Both the position numbers and the translations under genes were made by a program. Shown here piece after piece: positions 42,330 to 62,609 of a DNA stretch of 64,000 nucleotides. Under the pieces are notes generated by a model. That model saw nothing but the letters and a program-made list of their open reading frames with translations. It was not told the origin of the DNA and did not search any database. Source of the stretch: the human T2T-CHM13v2.0 reference genome, Homo sapiens; assembly GCF_009914755.1 (NCBI RefSeq), contig NC_060926.1, one strand, 5' to 3'. Within the stretch, counting starts at the first letter, position 1. Each line of letters begins with the position of its first letter.

Positions 42330-42820
42330 CTTTTGAGTGTGTGCTCAATATTATCCATTTCTCCGCCTTTTCTGGTAACAGCAGTTCATTATTCCTATGG
42401 GAACTGCCCTTCCCCCTCACCCACAATGAGTCTTTGTGGCTCCAGGGTACTGACACCTCCCACCCTCAACCCCCAGAACTAGCCAGTCATCTTCCGGACC
42501 GTAGTGATCGGTTCTGGGTTGGGCATGTTGATCCAGGAACTCGGCCTAGGGCTTTGGATGTATTACTGCAGAAAAATAAGCTCTTTAAACTAGGATAACT
42601 AAATTGGAAGGATATAAGCCTACGGTAACAAGGACCAACAGTGCATGCCAATGAAGCCAACTTTGAGGGAAGAAAAGCTGCTGGTGAGAGGGTGATGTCC
42701 CACCCTCTCAGGAACCTCAGGAGGTAGATGTGTCTGCAGTGAACTCTACCCTTGAAGCCAATAAATCCTCTCTCTTTTATTTCAAGTCAGTGTCAGCTGT
42801 GTTTTGTCACATGTCTCAGA
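42330..42820 (+). mobile_element. Old MaLR LTR (MLT1K/L-like)
   Basis: cttttctggtaacagc...gtgatcggttc..gggcatg...gccaataaatcctc..tttattt..aagtcagt. Confidence 0.6.
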
Positions 42821-43067
42821 GGAGCCCTGACTTCTTAGTCCCCTGGATCTATCAGCCCAGGCATCACTGTTAGGATCCTCCACAGAATCAAAGAGCCCCA
42901 CCCCACAAAAGGCCCAATTCCAGTTCTTGCTGGAAGAACAGGGATCCTAGAGGTTTGTTCCCACATGATGTTCTCCTTCACAACTTACTCAAATCCAGCA
43001 ACCCCACACCTGCAATCCTTAGCTTCTTTGTGTTGATTAACCACTATGTTACATTCTAGTCAAAATG

Positions 43068-43751
<684 letters not shown>

Positions 43752-44484
43752 CTAAAAATGAATAGAGGCAAAGTGAATCACTATTGCTGCCCTAGGTCTT
43801 AAAAAACATTTTTCTCTCACTTTAAAAGCAGCCCCTACTACCTTTAAAACTTTCTACATATCGACCATTAAAACCGAGACTAAGGCATCAAAGAACATTA
43901 ATAGCAAAGTCATCCTAAAAATCTCAAACTTGCAAAGGTGTGTAAAGATTAGGTAGGTTCTTTCACACTGCACTCCCCGTTCGTCATCACCACCACTCTC
44001 CTTCACAAGATCTCTGACCGGGTCTCACTTATCCTCTCCTGGAGCCATTCCCTTAAAGAGAACTCAGTACTTTACAAGCTGGTCAATTCTGCATTGAAAC
44101 TGGCCTGACATTAGGAAGTGATCCCTTATATTGAGTTGAAATATTTCTTCCACCTGAGAGTACTCCAAGCACTGAAGACAAACTTGTGAACCACTTGAAT
44201 TGTCTCTTTTCCAAGATCTTTGCATGACCCATAAGTCATGCAGGACACATGGCAATGTGTCCTGACCCTTCATCATCCTAGGTTACTTCCTTTCTACAGA
44301 TGTGCCAAGGTTTGTGACTGCTCCTTCTAAAGCATATGGCCAAAGCTAAACCCAAAGGCAGATTCCAAGAAACTTATACTCCAGCCCTCTTCCAACAACA
44401 CAGAAGGAGCCTGAGAGACATGTTCATGTGGTCTTATATTTTTATAAAAGCTTCCAAAGTAAGATATTTTAATCTCAAGCGATT

Positions 44485-44820
44485 TGCAGTGGACTGAATG
44501 TTTGTGCTCCCCCAAATTCATGTGTTGAAATCCTAACCCCTAATGTGATGGTATTAGGAGGTGGGGCCTTTGGGAGGTGATGGAATAAATGCCCTTATAA
44601 AAGAAACCCAAGAGAGCTCTCTCACCCTCTTTCTGCCTCTTGAGGATACAAAGAAAAGATGGCAGTCTGCAACTGGAAGAGGGCCTTCCCACCCACATCA
44701 CAACCACACTGGCACCCTGATCTCATTCTTCTGGCGTCCAGAACTGTGAAAAATAAATTTCTGTTGTTCATAAGCCACCCAGTCTAGGATGCTTTGTTAT
44801 TGCAGCTTGAATTAAGACAA
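44485..44820 (+). mobile_element. MLT1A-like LTR
   Basis: ggactgaatgtttgtg..cccaaattcatgtgttgaaatcctaacc...ataaatttctgttgttcataagccacccagt. Confidence 0.88.
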
Positions 44821-45528
44821 GACTGCTGTCCCTTTTCATTCTAACTTCCGTGTTGTCCTAATTCCCCTTGTTCCGAAAGAAGTGGAGTGATTGTGGACAT
44901 TTGTGGGGATCTGGCTAAAGGGAAGTTGAATTGGTTAAGTGGAATACATTTATGTGGTCTGTGGGCATTAAAGTTGTGACAGTGATGTCTATTTTGACTG
45001 TGCAAAGACAGTCACTTGGGCCCTTCAGTGTTGTGACACAAAGGTAAAGGGATGGAAATTATACCACCAAGTATTAATAACTGCATACTTCAGCACCCAG
45101 CACAGAAGTATATGGGTAACGGGGTAAATGATGTTTGAAATGTATGTACGGATTCAGAACTAGAATATGGAAAACCCTCCCACATCTTATTGTTTATATG
45201 TGAAATAAATTTAATAGTGATTTTCCTAAATTTTGAAACAATCCTAAAAATATGTTACTTTCCCAATAATGCATTGTGGACTGAAAAGAAACTCCTCTAA
45301 ACTATCAGTAATAAAAACAAATTTTAGTCAACTTTACTAGTGAAAACACTGGAATATCTATTAACTCTATAGAACATAATGTCACAAAATCATTTTCATA
45401 TGAAGAATAAATCAAAGAGTATAAAGCCAAAATACGTAGGAAAGACATATCACAGAGGTATGTCAGGCAGTTAATTAATTTAAAGATCGTGGTATTTTTC
45501 TGTATTTGGTGATCTAATACTTGTAAGG

Positions 45529-45867
<339 letters not shown>

Positions 45868-45978
45868 TGAATGTGCGAATTGTTGTGATTTTTTTAATTC
45901 TGGATATATATTCTTTTCAGTACCTCATTTTGTATGTATAATGTGTATTTTTTTTTTCTTAAAAAGTGTCTTGAATTG

Positions 45979-46652
<674 letters not shown>

Positions 46653-46698
46653 TCAGTGTGACCTAATCTGTGTAGTATTCAAAGAACGGGAGCTTCCA

Positions 46699-47018
<320 letters not shown>

Positions 47019-47819
47019 TTAAGCACAATATTGCCTTGAGACAGTCATTTCTGTAGTATTTTATCTGTCAACAATCCTAAGAGAATGAATTAATAGTTAC
47101 AGCCAGGGAATTTGTAGAATGACCAAAGGATATCCATTTGAATGCCAAAATATATTCTTAGATGTATTATGACTTTTCTGCCTTTTTAAAGAAAGTATAC
47201 TAAAGATAATTGACTCATTATTTTCATAGTGGCTATGATTTATTTATCATGCTCTAATTCAGGGATACTCTTAGAAGCTTCTATGTAGAAGTGGTCTTGC
47301 CCTTAGACTAAATGGCCTCAGGCTTCTATCGGTTTTTTTGTTATTGTGGTACTTTAAGAGTAACTTTTTCTCTAGGACCTCGCATTTTTTTCCTGTCACC
47401 GCTCATTTTTTTCCTTTCTTGATAATCTTTCTTATCTCATTCTAATTTCCTGCTTGTGGTTTTATATGGAATTGATAGACTAAATAAATATTAGAACTTT
47501 GTCTAAAATGGCTTGTGGGAGGGAGGAGGTTCAGTGGATAATGGACATGAACTTTGGTGCATAAATTTCGTGATATCTATTTTGGTTGCTCAGTATCCTT
47601 TCTTTCTGTCTTCCAGTTCTCACTCATTACCAATGATGAGAATCTCTGGGTTCTCCATTTCACATATCCTTTAAGTAAATATTTAATAACCACTTACTAA
47701 TGAGAAAGGATCTCTTCTAACTATTGAGGATGCAGAGGTGAAGGGAATAGACAAAAATCCCTGCCCTTGTGATGCTGATTTTCTAGTGGGATAGGGAAGC
47801 AGAGATCAAATAATAAGCA

Positions 47820-48590
47820 ACATGTGGCAGAGTATCAGTGTTTACAAAATCCATATGCTCTTCTACATTTTCCATCCTCGTTTGCAATTAGGATAGCCAT
47901 GTGACTACTTCTGGCAAATAGAACTTAAGGAGTTTTGATGGGGCTCACTTGTGGCTGTGAAGATTAAGAATATAGTGTGACTTCTCTCATTCTCTTTGCC
48001 TTCACTGGAAACCACAGGGGCCATGTGTTGAAAAGGTATCCTCACAAAATGGAAGGAGACTGGATCCCTGAGCCATCATTTGGTGGGGTCCTGTAATGTG
48101 AGCAAGAAAGAAAGTGTTAAGCTACTTAGATGTCACCCACACTCAGAGACTTCACTCATTTGTCTGCCTAAAATGGATATTTGGTGACCAGAAGGCAATA
48201 TATTGGTCTTTACCAGTAACTATGTCCTTCTATATGTTTCCGAGGCTTCCTTGTGTTAAATGGCAATGTGACTAACTATCCAATGAAATGTGAGCAGAAC
48301 TAATATGGGTCACATCTGGGCCGAGATGGTGAATTACATAACGTGCCTTCTCTGTCTCCCTTTTCCCCTTCCCTAGAGACCATGAAAGGCCACATTTTGA
48401 AAGATAGCAGCACTGCAACATGAAAGTCTGGCTTTCTGAGTTCCACTTGGAAAAGAGCTACCCAAGAGAATAGCTCCACTTACCCCTAGACTTGTTACAT
48501 GAATAAGAAATAACCATTTCTCATGTTAAATCACTCATATTTAGGAGTTAGTTGTCAGAACTGCTAGTGTTACTGATCCTAAGCACAAAT
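47820..48590 (+). mobile_element. Old MLT1 (J/I-like) LTR fragments inside an L2
   Basis: gccatgtgactacttctggc..aatagaa; gagaccatg..ggccaca; gaataagaaataa. Confidence 0.55.
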
Positions 48591-48782
48591 AAATCTAAAA
48601 ATGTAAATTATGTTCACATAAGTATAAGAAAAGAGAAGAAGATAGAGATAGAAAGTTTTCAAGGGGTTGGAATATTAGATAGTAAACACCCTCCCTGAGA
48701 AGATGACTTTTAAATAAAGACCGGAGAAAAAGAACCAAACAAGCAGTCATGTGGGGGGAGAGCATTCTAAGAAGGAGAAACA

Positions 48783-49016
48783 GGCCAGGTGCAGTGGCTC
48801 ATGCCTGTAATGCCAACAGTTTGGGAGAGCAAGATGGGAGGATCATTTGAGTCCAGGGGGCTAGGTGAGGAGATTACTTAACCCTGGGAGGTCCAGGCTG
48901 CAGTGTGCTACGATCATGTCACTACTGTACTCCAGCTTGGGGAACAGAAGAAGACTTTCTCAAAAAAAAGAAGAAGGAGAAGGAGAAGAAGGAGGAGAAG
49001 GAGAAGGAGAAGGGAA
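48783..49016 (+). mobile_element. Internally deleted AluJ with GA-rich tail
   Basis: Left-arm start fused to right arm; (GAAGGA)n tail. Confidence 0.8.
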
Positions 49017-49751
49017 ACAGTAAGTACAAAGGTGCTGACTGTATCAGAGATTCTGTCCACCATCACCTTGTTTTTAAGATTCTTTACAGTAGTATTTGCC
49101 CATACCAAGTTTCCAAAAAATATATTATTTTTATGAGCTTCATTCATCCATTTATTCAAAAAAGTTAAGTATTCCAGTATTCCAGGGACTAATACAAAGA
49201 TATGAGTTTAATGTAAATATAGTTATGATTCTGCTGCAAAGGTATTATTACTATTAATACTTATGTTTCATTTTGTTTTGTGTGTATGATTTCATCTTTC
49301 CTGCTTGGTAACAAAAACTTTTTTTTAATCTAAAAAAAGAAAGCCAACCTGATAAAATTAGTTGGCTGAAAAAATATAATGGTTAAAGGATTCTATTTAG
49401 ATTAATTCTCAACTTGTTTAGTTTGGCAAGCCTCAGTCTCCCAGATTTGTCTCCACTCTCAAGCTAGTGGCTGGGAGGAAAGGTGGCAATGGTGGCTTCT
49501 GTGATTGCATGACAGCGGCTGGGTTGCTGGATCCAGCTGTCCTCATGGCATCCTTGAGCGTGCCGGCCTGTCATGGGGAGTGGCCATCTGGGTTGCCTGG
49601 ACTGCAGAAGGTTGACTGGTCCCACCCTGGTGATTCCACTTATAGCAACTGACGCCTGTGGCTGCTGTGACTCACAGTTTGATCTCACAGTTTGATCTCT
49701 CAGCTTGCACGGGGCCCTGCATTGCTCCCTAGCGGATTTGACCTCCTCATA

Positions 49752-49753
<2 letters not shown>

Positions 49754-49784
<31 letters not shown>
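49754..49784 (+). repeat. (CTG/CAG)10 trinucleotide repeat
   Basis: Uninterrupted (tgc)10. Confidence 0.97.
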
Positions 49785-50921
49785 ATAGCTTCCTCTAACA
49801 TTTAGTCACATGTGCCATCAATTCCATGGCCTGGGCTCAGTAAATAAAGTTAAACTCAGAGTTTCTCTCTGCCTAACCATGACACTGCACCCCTGAATTT
49901 ACTTGGCTACAGCTGCTCTCAGGTTGGCAACAGGGCATCCTGTAAGGCAGTCTCCTTCCTAACCCTTAAATATAAGCTGAAGCAAGCGTCCCTGCCCTAA
50001 CATATCCACTCTTCTGGGCCAAAGCCCAGAAAGGGCATATATTTTGAGGAATACATCTGCCACACGGTGGGCCTCTCCTGTCTGCCTTATCCCATGACCT
50101 GCGAGACCTGGAAGAGATGTCTTTGCTTTCACCGCCCCTTCCTGTTTACCTACGACTTCCTCTGGTCAGAAGCAGAGCCTCTGGGCTTCCCAGTGCCTTT
50201 ATGGCATGTGTTCCCTCCCAAACCCAGCCACACTGCTAAGCCTCCATGGAGGTAAAGATGGGGAAAGAGGTCTGCTAAACAATGAGGGAAACTAAATCAG
50301 GAGGTATTTTTAAAATATTACACTCGCATTATTGGCAAAGGGTATTGAACTCAGTAAGTTCACTATATAATTTCTCTTTTGAGGAATTAGTTGCACTATT
50401 ATTCTAACTTAATTGTGAGGAAATTGAAGCACAGAAAGGATAAGTCATTTACCAGGATCAGCACCAGGTTTTGAACTCCTCGTGCAGTGGTTTTTCTACC
50501 ATGGGGTATTGTCTCTTGTGTTAAGCTAAGATAGCTTTAAAATTACTTCTTTCCTGAAGACACCTCAAATTAATCTCACTCTCATTCAAATTACTCGCTT
50601 GCTCAGATTTCTTTTGCATTTGTTTAAATCGTTTTTTTAAAGTTTCTTACCTTCTTATTGTTTTTATTTGTTAGTATATTTCATGATGCTACTACCCCCT
50701 TATAGCATTTTCAGTAATATTTATATAGGAAAATCCCCAAATCACTTTTTGAATGAATATATATCTTCACGACTTCCTGAGATGAGAAGGCAAAATAAAC
50801 AAACATATAGAAAGAGATCCCTGAGAGGATAATACTTTGGTTATTATCCTCTAATATTTGGTTACCATCTATAACAATATGGGTGAATCTCTTAAGCATA
50901 ATTATGCATCTAAGAAATATC

Positions 50922-51317
<396 letters not shown>

Positions 51318-51759
51318 TTAAAAAATCCAAAATGTATAATATAATTTACCTATTTTTTCTTGTTTATAGAAAAATATATCAGATCAACTCAGCAATTCCC
51401 CTTGGCTCCAAATTCTAACCTAAAACTTGATTCTGTTTGTTGAGAAGAAGACTGGGTGATGCTACAGTTTTTGGCCAAAGGAAAGACCTTTCCCAGAAGC
51501 TGTATCATTACTGAAACTTGGGCCAAGGAGTCTATGTTGTGATTTAGGACACAGAGGTGACAGCTGATGCAGCAATTAATCTAAGGAGAGCTAAATTGAA
51601 ACAGAAACATAGAAAATACATTGCTAAATTTAAAGTGTGAGGTCCTAGAAAAATCATATAAAATTAAGAATTTTAATTATGGTGTCATTTTTAGTGTTAT
51701 TCTTTACCTATGTCCTGTGCCAATGTTATACTACACAAAACTTATCCTTTGGCACTGGT

Positions 51760-52555
<796 letters not shown>

Positions 52556-53099
52556 CTTTTTCAGGATATTTACACTCCAAGAAATGATAGATTCAGACAC
52601 AGTTAGAAGTACATTTAGAGTAGACAGTCTTTACAGTTCAGATTAATAGAGTTTGAGTCAATACAAACCAAATCAATTGCCATCAGGTCATTTGAGACCT
52701 AGCTTCATTGAGAATTTTTACTTACATTTTGAAGGTTCAAAAATTTTAATTTTATCAATTTACCTGGAGATAATGGAACCATAGGGAATCTATTTATGTC
52801 AAACAAACCCATAGGACACTGAGTGATAATTCCAAAATTCAATTTATTAACTTGCAGAAGAAAATCTCTGGCATCAAAACTATTAGGCCATCCACCCAGG
52901 GTTCTCCCTTCTGGTGGGTAATACTGTTTAGAATCTGAAATAACAGATCAGATGTTTGTATCGTGTTGAGCACAGAGTTAGAACTAGAGGCGCTGGATAT
53001 TTTTAAGGGAGTTTCCCATGAATTTATGTTGACATATGAATTGCTGTTATATACACAAGTATATGCCTACATTTAAAAAACAAAAAACAAAAGCAAACA

Positions 53100-53660
53100 C
53101 AGTACCTACAGGGAACACTATACAGTAATAGGGATAAACAAATTATAACTACATACCAATACGTCTTGACTTATGATGGGGTTACATTCCAATAAAACCA
53201 TTGTAAGTTGAAAGTGGGTTTTGACTTACAATATTTTCAACTTACAACAAGTTTATCCAGATATAACTGCATCATAAGTTGAGGTACATACTGAATGCAT
53301 GTTGCTTTTGCACCATGGTAAAGTGGAAAAATAATAAGTAGAACCATTGTTAAGTCAAGGTCTGTACAACCATTGTCTGAAACAATATGGTTGAATCTCC
53401 CAAGCGTAATGTTGAGCGAAAAAAGACACAAAAAAGCATATATTGTATGGTCAGGATAGCAATTACCTTGGGTGGGGAGGTTATGATTGAAAGAGAACCA
53501 TGAGAGGGGATTCTGGGAAGCTGGTGATGTTACCTTATATAATCTTGGTGCTAGTTATACAGGTAGATTCATTTGTGAAACTTTATTGAGCCGTACATTT
53601 ACAATAGGGGCTTACCTTTTGTATTTATATTGGAAGCCAATGAAAAATTTTTAAAAATTA
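53100..53660 (+). mobile_element. L1ME 3' end with inserted MER47B-like element (53160-53366)
   Basis: gacttatgatggggttac..ccaataaaaccattgtaagttgaa; aatctc..aagcgtaatgttgagcgaaaaaag. Confidence 0.75.
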
Positions 53661-54094
53661 CCAGTACCACTTTTAGAACCAAAGCTTGCTCTCTTTCGGA
53701 AAATGCTATAGACCTACTGACAAACTACCACCCAACTTCTCCAAGGGGATACTCATTGATAGTACTAAACGCTTCTTCCATGACATTATTTCAAGTAATA
53801 ACATCCAGTGTTACAACTATTTTACATTAGCCTCTTATCATTTTCGGATATCTTCCAGATGAAACATAACACTTTTCTGGATGATAACACTCTGGTCCCA
53901 TTCACAAAAATGCTTAGAAATCATTTCCTAAGCTTGGCTATTTCTGGAGAGTCCCATTGATGTGTTTCAATTTTTAATCTCATTATTTATATGTTTATAT
54001 GTCTTCTTGATACATAAGAGCAGTGATTTGTAACCAGATGTGTGCCTTGGAATCACCACACACACTGAATCAAAGCCTCTATACTTAGAGTCTC

Positions 54095-54468
54095 TGCTGT
54101 GCTCTGAATGTTTGGGTCCCTCCAAAATTCCTACATTAAAACCTAATGCCTAGTGTGATAGTGTTAGGTGGTGGGGCCTTTGGAAGGTGATTAGGTAATG
54201 ATGGAAGAGCCCTCATAAATGAAATCGGTACCCTTATTTAAAAAAAAAAAAAAGCCCAGGTATCTTGTTTGCCTCTTTCACCATGCAAAGACACAGCTAG
54301 AAGATACCATTTATGAACCAGGAAATGGGTCCTTACCGGATACCAGCTCTGCTGGGGATGGGATCTTGGACTTCTCAGCCTCCAGAACTGTGAGAAATAA
54401 ATTTCTGTTGTTTATAAGCTACCCAGTTTATGGTATTTTGTTATAGCAGCCCAAACAGACTAAGACAG
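54095..54468 (+). mobile_element. MLT1A0 LTR (inside a MER5-like element)
   Basis: tgctgtgctctgaatgtttgggtccctccaaaattc...gcagcccaaacagactaagaca. Confidence 0.9.
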
Positions 54469-54549
54469 TCTCCTCCCACTTTCTTGTCATACATATTTTG
54501 AGAATATGTCCCAGGTGAATTGTAACTTCCATAGTTAAAAACCATGCTC

Positions 54550-55030
54550 CTATGTGAACAGATATTTATATGCCAATGTTCACAGCAGCATTATTCATAA
54601 CAGCCAAAAGGTGGAAACAACACAAATGTCCATCAACAGTGGAATGGACAAATAAAATGTGGCATGTACCTACAAAGGAATATTATTTATCCTAAAAAGG
54701 AAGGAAATCTTGACTCATGCTACGATATTAGTCCAAGTGAAATAAGCCAGACACAACAGGAAAAATATTGTATGATTCTATTTATATGAGATACCTAGAG
54801 TAGCCAAATTTATAGAAACAGAAAGTATAATTGTGGTTGCTAAGATCTTGCGGGGGGCACGGAAGTGGAGTTGTTGCTTAATGAATACAGAGATTTGTTT
54901 TGGAAAGGTGAAAAAGTTCTGGAGCTGAATGGTGGTGATGGTTGCAAAACAATGTGAATGTACTTAATGCCACTGAACTTTGTATTTTAAAAAAGATGGT
55001 TAAACTTGTTAATTTTATTTTATAAAAATA
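54550..55030 (+). mobile_element. L1MB 3' end
   Basis: atgttcacagcagcattattcataacagccaaaaggtggaaacaa...gtgaatgtacttaatgccactgaac. Confidence 0.88.
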
Positions 55031-56093
55031 AAATTATGCACACACAATACTATTTTCCTGTAGTCTTATTTAGCTGACTTTATACCAAAATAAGCTAAGG
55101 GGGTCACACTATTGGAGGAAAATCATCAAATCAGGCCTGAGGGACATCTAAGAAACTACCACGGTGCCAGCAGCTCCCCATTTGAAAGCCAGCATTTTTC
55201 TCAGCTTTGCATATGGACAGAGATCTGCACCATGGCCGCTTTGGTTTTTGTTTATTTTGTCTGGCTGTTGACTTGTGGGACCAAATATTGTGTGCTCAGC
55301 CTACTGGCTACATCTGGTTCCTTTAGCTTGTTGATTAAAAGCAGCCTCTTATCTCAATGAACTCCTTAGGAAGCTAAGCCCTATCTGGCAACGGTTGCCA
55401 TGCCAGAGGGACTTTGTTTAAACATCATTCAAGAAATGAAACTAATGAGCATTAAAGAAACCTCACAATAATGAATTTCTTTTCACTTTGCCTTAACTCT
55501 TTTAAAGAAAATATTGTTTTTCTCTGAGCATAATATAATTATTTTTAGTAATGAATAGTTTATTATTTTACGCATTTGATTCTTTTCATTTAGTTTATTT
55601 ATAACAAGTTTTGTCTTACCACTCAGCTGTCAAAAGACACAGGAAAACCTTCCTGGCCTTCCCATTTAGGGGAAGAATGCTGGTTCATTATGACTTCATT
55701 GACATTCAACATGCAAACTTCTCCAAAATGCTTAGTATGTATCAACAACATTAGAAAATTACACTGCGATTAAAATTGTCCAAATACTCTTTTTGTAACC
55801 ATTGTATTCATGACAATCAGACTTTCATTGGTAGCTTTTCTAATATAACTATAAGCTCTCTAACCACTTCTTGAAATCCAGTTGCAAATATTTATTTTTT
55901 TCTTTTATTAACTAAAGCTGTGGCAAATATAAGGTGCTATTACTCCTCTTCCTCACTCCACCATTACCACCAGAAAAAAAAAAAGGCCTCTTATGAGCTA
56001 AAGAATTGATGAAAATGACAATGTGGGGACTTTTCCACCAATGTGGTTCCAAATTAAAGTGCATTGACTTAAGGCAATTATCTTTTTAGATGA

Positions 56094-56383
<290 letters not shown>

Positions 56384-56564
56384 CTAGAGGACCCACGCTT
56401 TTATGGTTAGAAGAATGTAATGGTAATTGTCTTCTCAACTGGCTGCACCCAAGGAGCAGTGAGTTTGGGAAATGCACAACACTTCAGACATTTTTTACCT
56501 ACCACTCCAGCAGAAACTGATAGAGTCTATTTCCTTGGTAACAGAATATTGACTTCATCTGGTG

Positions 56565-57746
<1,182 letters not shown>

Positions 57747-58571
57747 GTAGCTATATCACCATCTAAAATAATACATTTATAAGTATATTCCAGATACAGT
57801 TATAATATTAAATTTTGGGCAATAATATGCAAATAGGTGGGCCTTTGGGGAAGAATGGTTAAAGGATGTTGATTTAGCTGGAATGTACACTCTTCTCTTC
57901 TTCCTCTTTCCTTCCTCCCTTCTGCCTCAAACACAGACATAATGGCTGGAGTCCAATAGTACATTGGACTGTGAGATTAATACTGGGAATGTAATCTATG
58001 TCTAGGATAGTGAAACAAAAAAGGTAGAATAAGCCTAGGCCTTTGCAGGGCCCCTATACCCCAGTCTGAACTGCCAAACTCTGCGCTTATTGCATATGAG
58101 AGAATAAACTCTTGGGTACATAAGTCACTGTTGATGTCCATGTTACTGTCAGCCAAACACAATTCTTGCCTAACATCAACAAACTAATTCAGCAAATCTA
58201 CCATGTCAGTTGGCCCAGGGGTATTTGTCGAGAGTCACACTGCACTGTGTGCCTCTGTATCAGCTGAGCTATCAAACTAAACTTAGCAAAAAGGAAAAAG
58301 AGTATGTAGGCCCTATAACTGAAGCCTTCAGTTAGGGCTGGCATCAGGCACAGCCTGACTTAGGTCAAACTAGAACACTAGGACCTAGGTTGACTCTGCC
58401 TCTTTGGGATTTCCTCATCAGGCTGTCTGCTGTTATGGTAGCAAGATGGCTGCAACAATCCCATCTTCCTCATACCTTTATTTCCATAATCTCAGAAAAA
58501 GACTGAAAGCCTCTCTTTTACTGAAGCTCCTACAAGGTCTTCTATCAATTATTGATTCTGATTAAGTGTGA

Positions 58572-58724
<153 letters not shown>

Positions 58725-58733
58725 TAGAGACAG

Positions 58734-59105
58734 TGTATTAGTCCATTCTCACACTGCTAATAAAGACATACCCGAGACTGGATAATTTATAAAGGAAAGA
58801 CGTTTAATTGACTTACGCTTCAGCATGGCTGGGGAGGCCTCAGGAAACCTACAATCATGGCAGAAGAGGAAAAAACTCATCCTTCTTCACACGGAGGCAG
58901 CAAGGAGAACTGCAGACCGAAGGGGAAAACCCCCTTATAAAACCATCAGATCTCATGAGAACTCACTCACTACCACAAGAACAGCATGGAGATAACCACC
59001 TCCCCACCCTCTGCATGATTCAATTACCTCCCACCAGATCCTTCCCACAACGTGTGGTGATTATGGGAACTGAGATTTGGATGGGGACACAGCCAAACCA
59101 TATCA
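58734..59105 (-). mobile_element. THE1B-like solo LTR
   Basis: tgtattagtcc...gggacacagccaaaccatatca; TSD gacag/gacgg. Confidence 0.93.
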
Positions 59106-59126
59106 GACGGGTTCTGGCTATGTTGC

Positions 59127-59628
<502 letters not shown>

Positions 59629-60354
59629 TAATTGGTTTGGTTTATGCCAATCAGGATCTACCTCTATGGATGGGAGTGGGGTCCATCCCATACAAACAAT
59701 ATGGCTGAGAACCAGGGAGGGAATCATAAAGTGCCATAGTATGCAAGTACATGAACTCAGAGGTTGTGTAGAACATTTAAGGTGGCAGCAGACCACTTTC
59801 CTAAAAGATTTTTCCAGGAACCCAGAAAGAGAATTTGCACTATCTCGTGAGAACAACAGGAGTCTATCTCTGTTATATGTATAGACTCGGCTACTTTTTT
59901 GGACAACTAGTCTAGGTCCTTAAATGTTCAGTCTTTGTTTTCCCTTTTCTTAGACCATGTACACCAAATTCTCATTCATCTGTACAGCCAACCTGTTATG
60001 CAGAATAGATTCTTTTACAAATAGATTCAATCCAAAATAAGGTAAATTTTATTGCTTACTTTTTCAAAAATATAGAAAAGAGGTATGCAGGTGTCTATGA
60101 CTGAGATTAAACAAACAATTAGCCATATTTATTTCACATTTTTTTATAAGTTAAATACTATTTTCAGAACTAAGCAAGAAAAAGTCCTAAAAAGAACTAA
60201 GCTAAAAAGTCCTAATTCCCATTTTCCCTCTCTTCCTCAGAAATAACCACACCCTGAAGTTGATGTATATAATTCCCATCCTTTATTTGTGGGTTTTTTG
60301 TTTCATTTTGGTAACAGTTTTCTTCATGTGCATATATTCAGATACAAGATATAC

Positions 60355-60875
60355 TATGGTTCAATCAGTTAGTATCCCAGCAAGAAACTGATGGCACACT
60401 CAAAGGGTCAATTAGAGATGGAATAAATAGAGGGGTAATTAAGGGATTATTTAAATAGAGATTGGCAATTTCAAAGAACAAGAAGACATGGTAAAACGTC
60501 CAAGGAGTGATGACAGTGGGAGACCCTTACCACCTCTGAATATGAAGGGGGAAGGGGAGGGAGTAATGATCCCAGGGCCTGGCATGGGCTGCAGCAGTGG
60601 TACAGGAGTCAGAAAAGAGCTGAGAACTTCAGCAGAGAAATTAGAGGATCTCGCTTGCTGCTTAAACCAAGGCCTGCTAGGAAAATAAATACCAGGCCCT
60701 CTTTCCTTCCTCCTCTGATCTCCTGTCTGTGCCTTTCATTGACCAAAACCAACCAGAAGCCAGGAGAACCTATAATATATGATGCTGTCCTTAAAGGTCA
60801 GTTTCTTGCACCACAGAACAGGAAAGAGAAGGGCAGAAAATTGATTTGGAAAGGCAAACAGATAATTATCAATGT
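60355..60875 (-). mobile_element. LTR33-like ERVL LTR
   Basis: cccagcaagaaac.gatggcacactcaaa...cattgaccaaaaccaaccagaagccag. Confidence 0.7.
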
Positions 60876-60932
60876 GATTGTTTTGTACTTTCATAATTAA
60901 CACAAATATTAGCAGATAGTACATAAACTTAA

Positions 60933-61237
<305 letters not shown>

Positions 61238-61624
61238 TATAAACTTAATTTTAAAATGATGTGTTAACTACTTCCTTCCATACAACCATAAACTAAAAAT
61301 CCAAGTTATTAAACTACAAGTTTGATTTCTGACACTACAGTTGTTTACTACTATGCATTGGCAACAAAAGAAAAGAGAAAGCGATGGAGAGAGAGAGAGA
61401 TTGATTCCAGAGTTCCCTGAAGAAAAGGGTAGACTTGTTTTTCTGCTCTGATGTTTTAGGGAGGTAGCAAGACAAGAGAAGATTTGTCTTCTTGTCAATT
61501 GAACAACTTCAGAATTGCTGAGTGTTCTATCCTTCACCTTCCCCTAGTGGGAAACAGAGATACGACAGCAGAAACAAATGCTGTTAGCAAATAAATACCA
61601 TAAATACCATTGCCCTGCCTTAAA

Positions 61625-62110
<486 letters not shown>

Positions 62111-62609
62111 GCGCTTTCTTTTTCAGCTTTTTTGATCATTTGGTATAACACTGAAAGAACTAACATTACTACCTAATTTATAGAACTCTATGGCAGATAC
62201 AATATATACTTTTCTTCTAAATTCTGACTCTCAAATCTGAAAGACTAAACCAGGATAATCTTTTGAATGTATAAGTAACATTTTTCCCTTATTTATTACC
62301 CTTCACCAGGGATGCCAAAATTAATTTGTTAAACATGTCAATAACTACATGTTCACTTCTTACTCCTTTAAATTACTATTAGATGTGTTTCAAGATTTTT
62401 AATTACTTTGGTAAAATTTCAATTATCTTTGGCTTCCTGCAATATTGTACAAGATATGTGAAACACAATTTTGGATACAACAGATTGTTTAAAAGTTTTA
62501 AATGATGTTATTGTCATAAACAAAAAAAAAATCATAAAATACCCAGAAGATAGTTCTGCTTTATTGGGAATTAATTAGAACCTTTATTAATGCACTGCCT
62601 TTAAATTTT

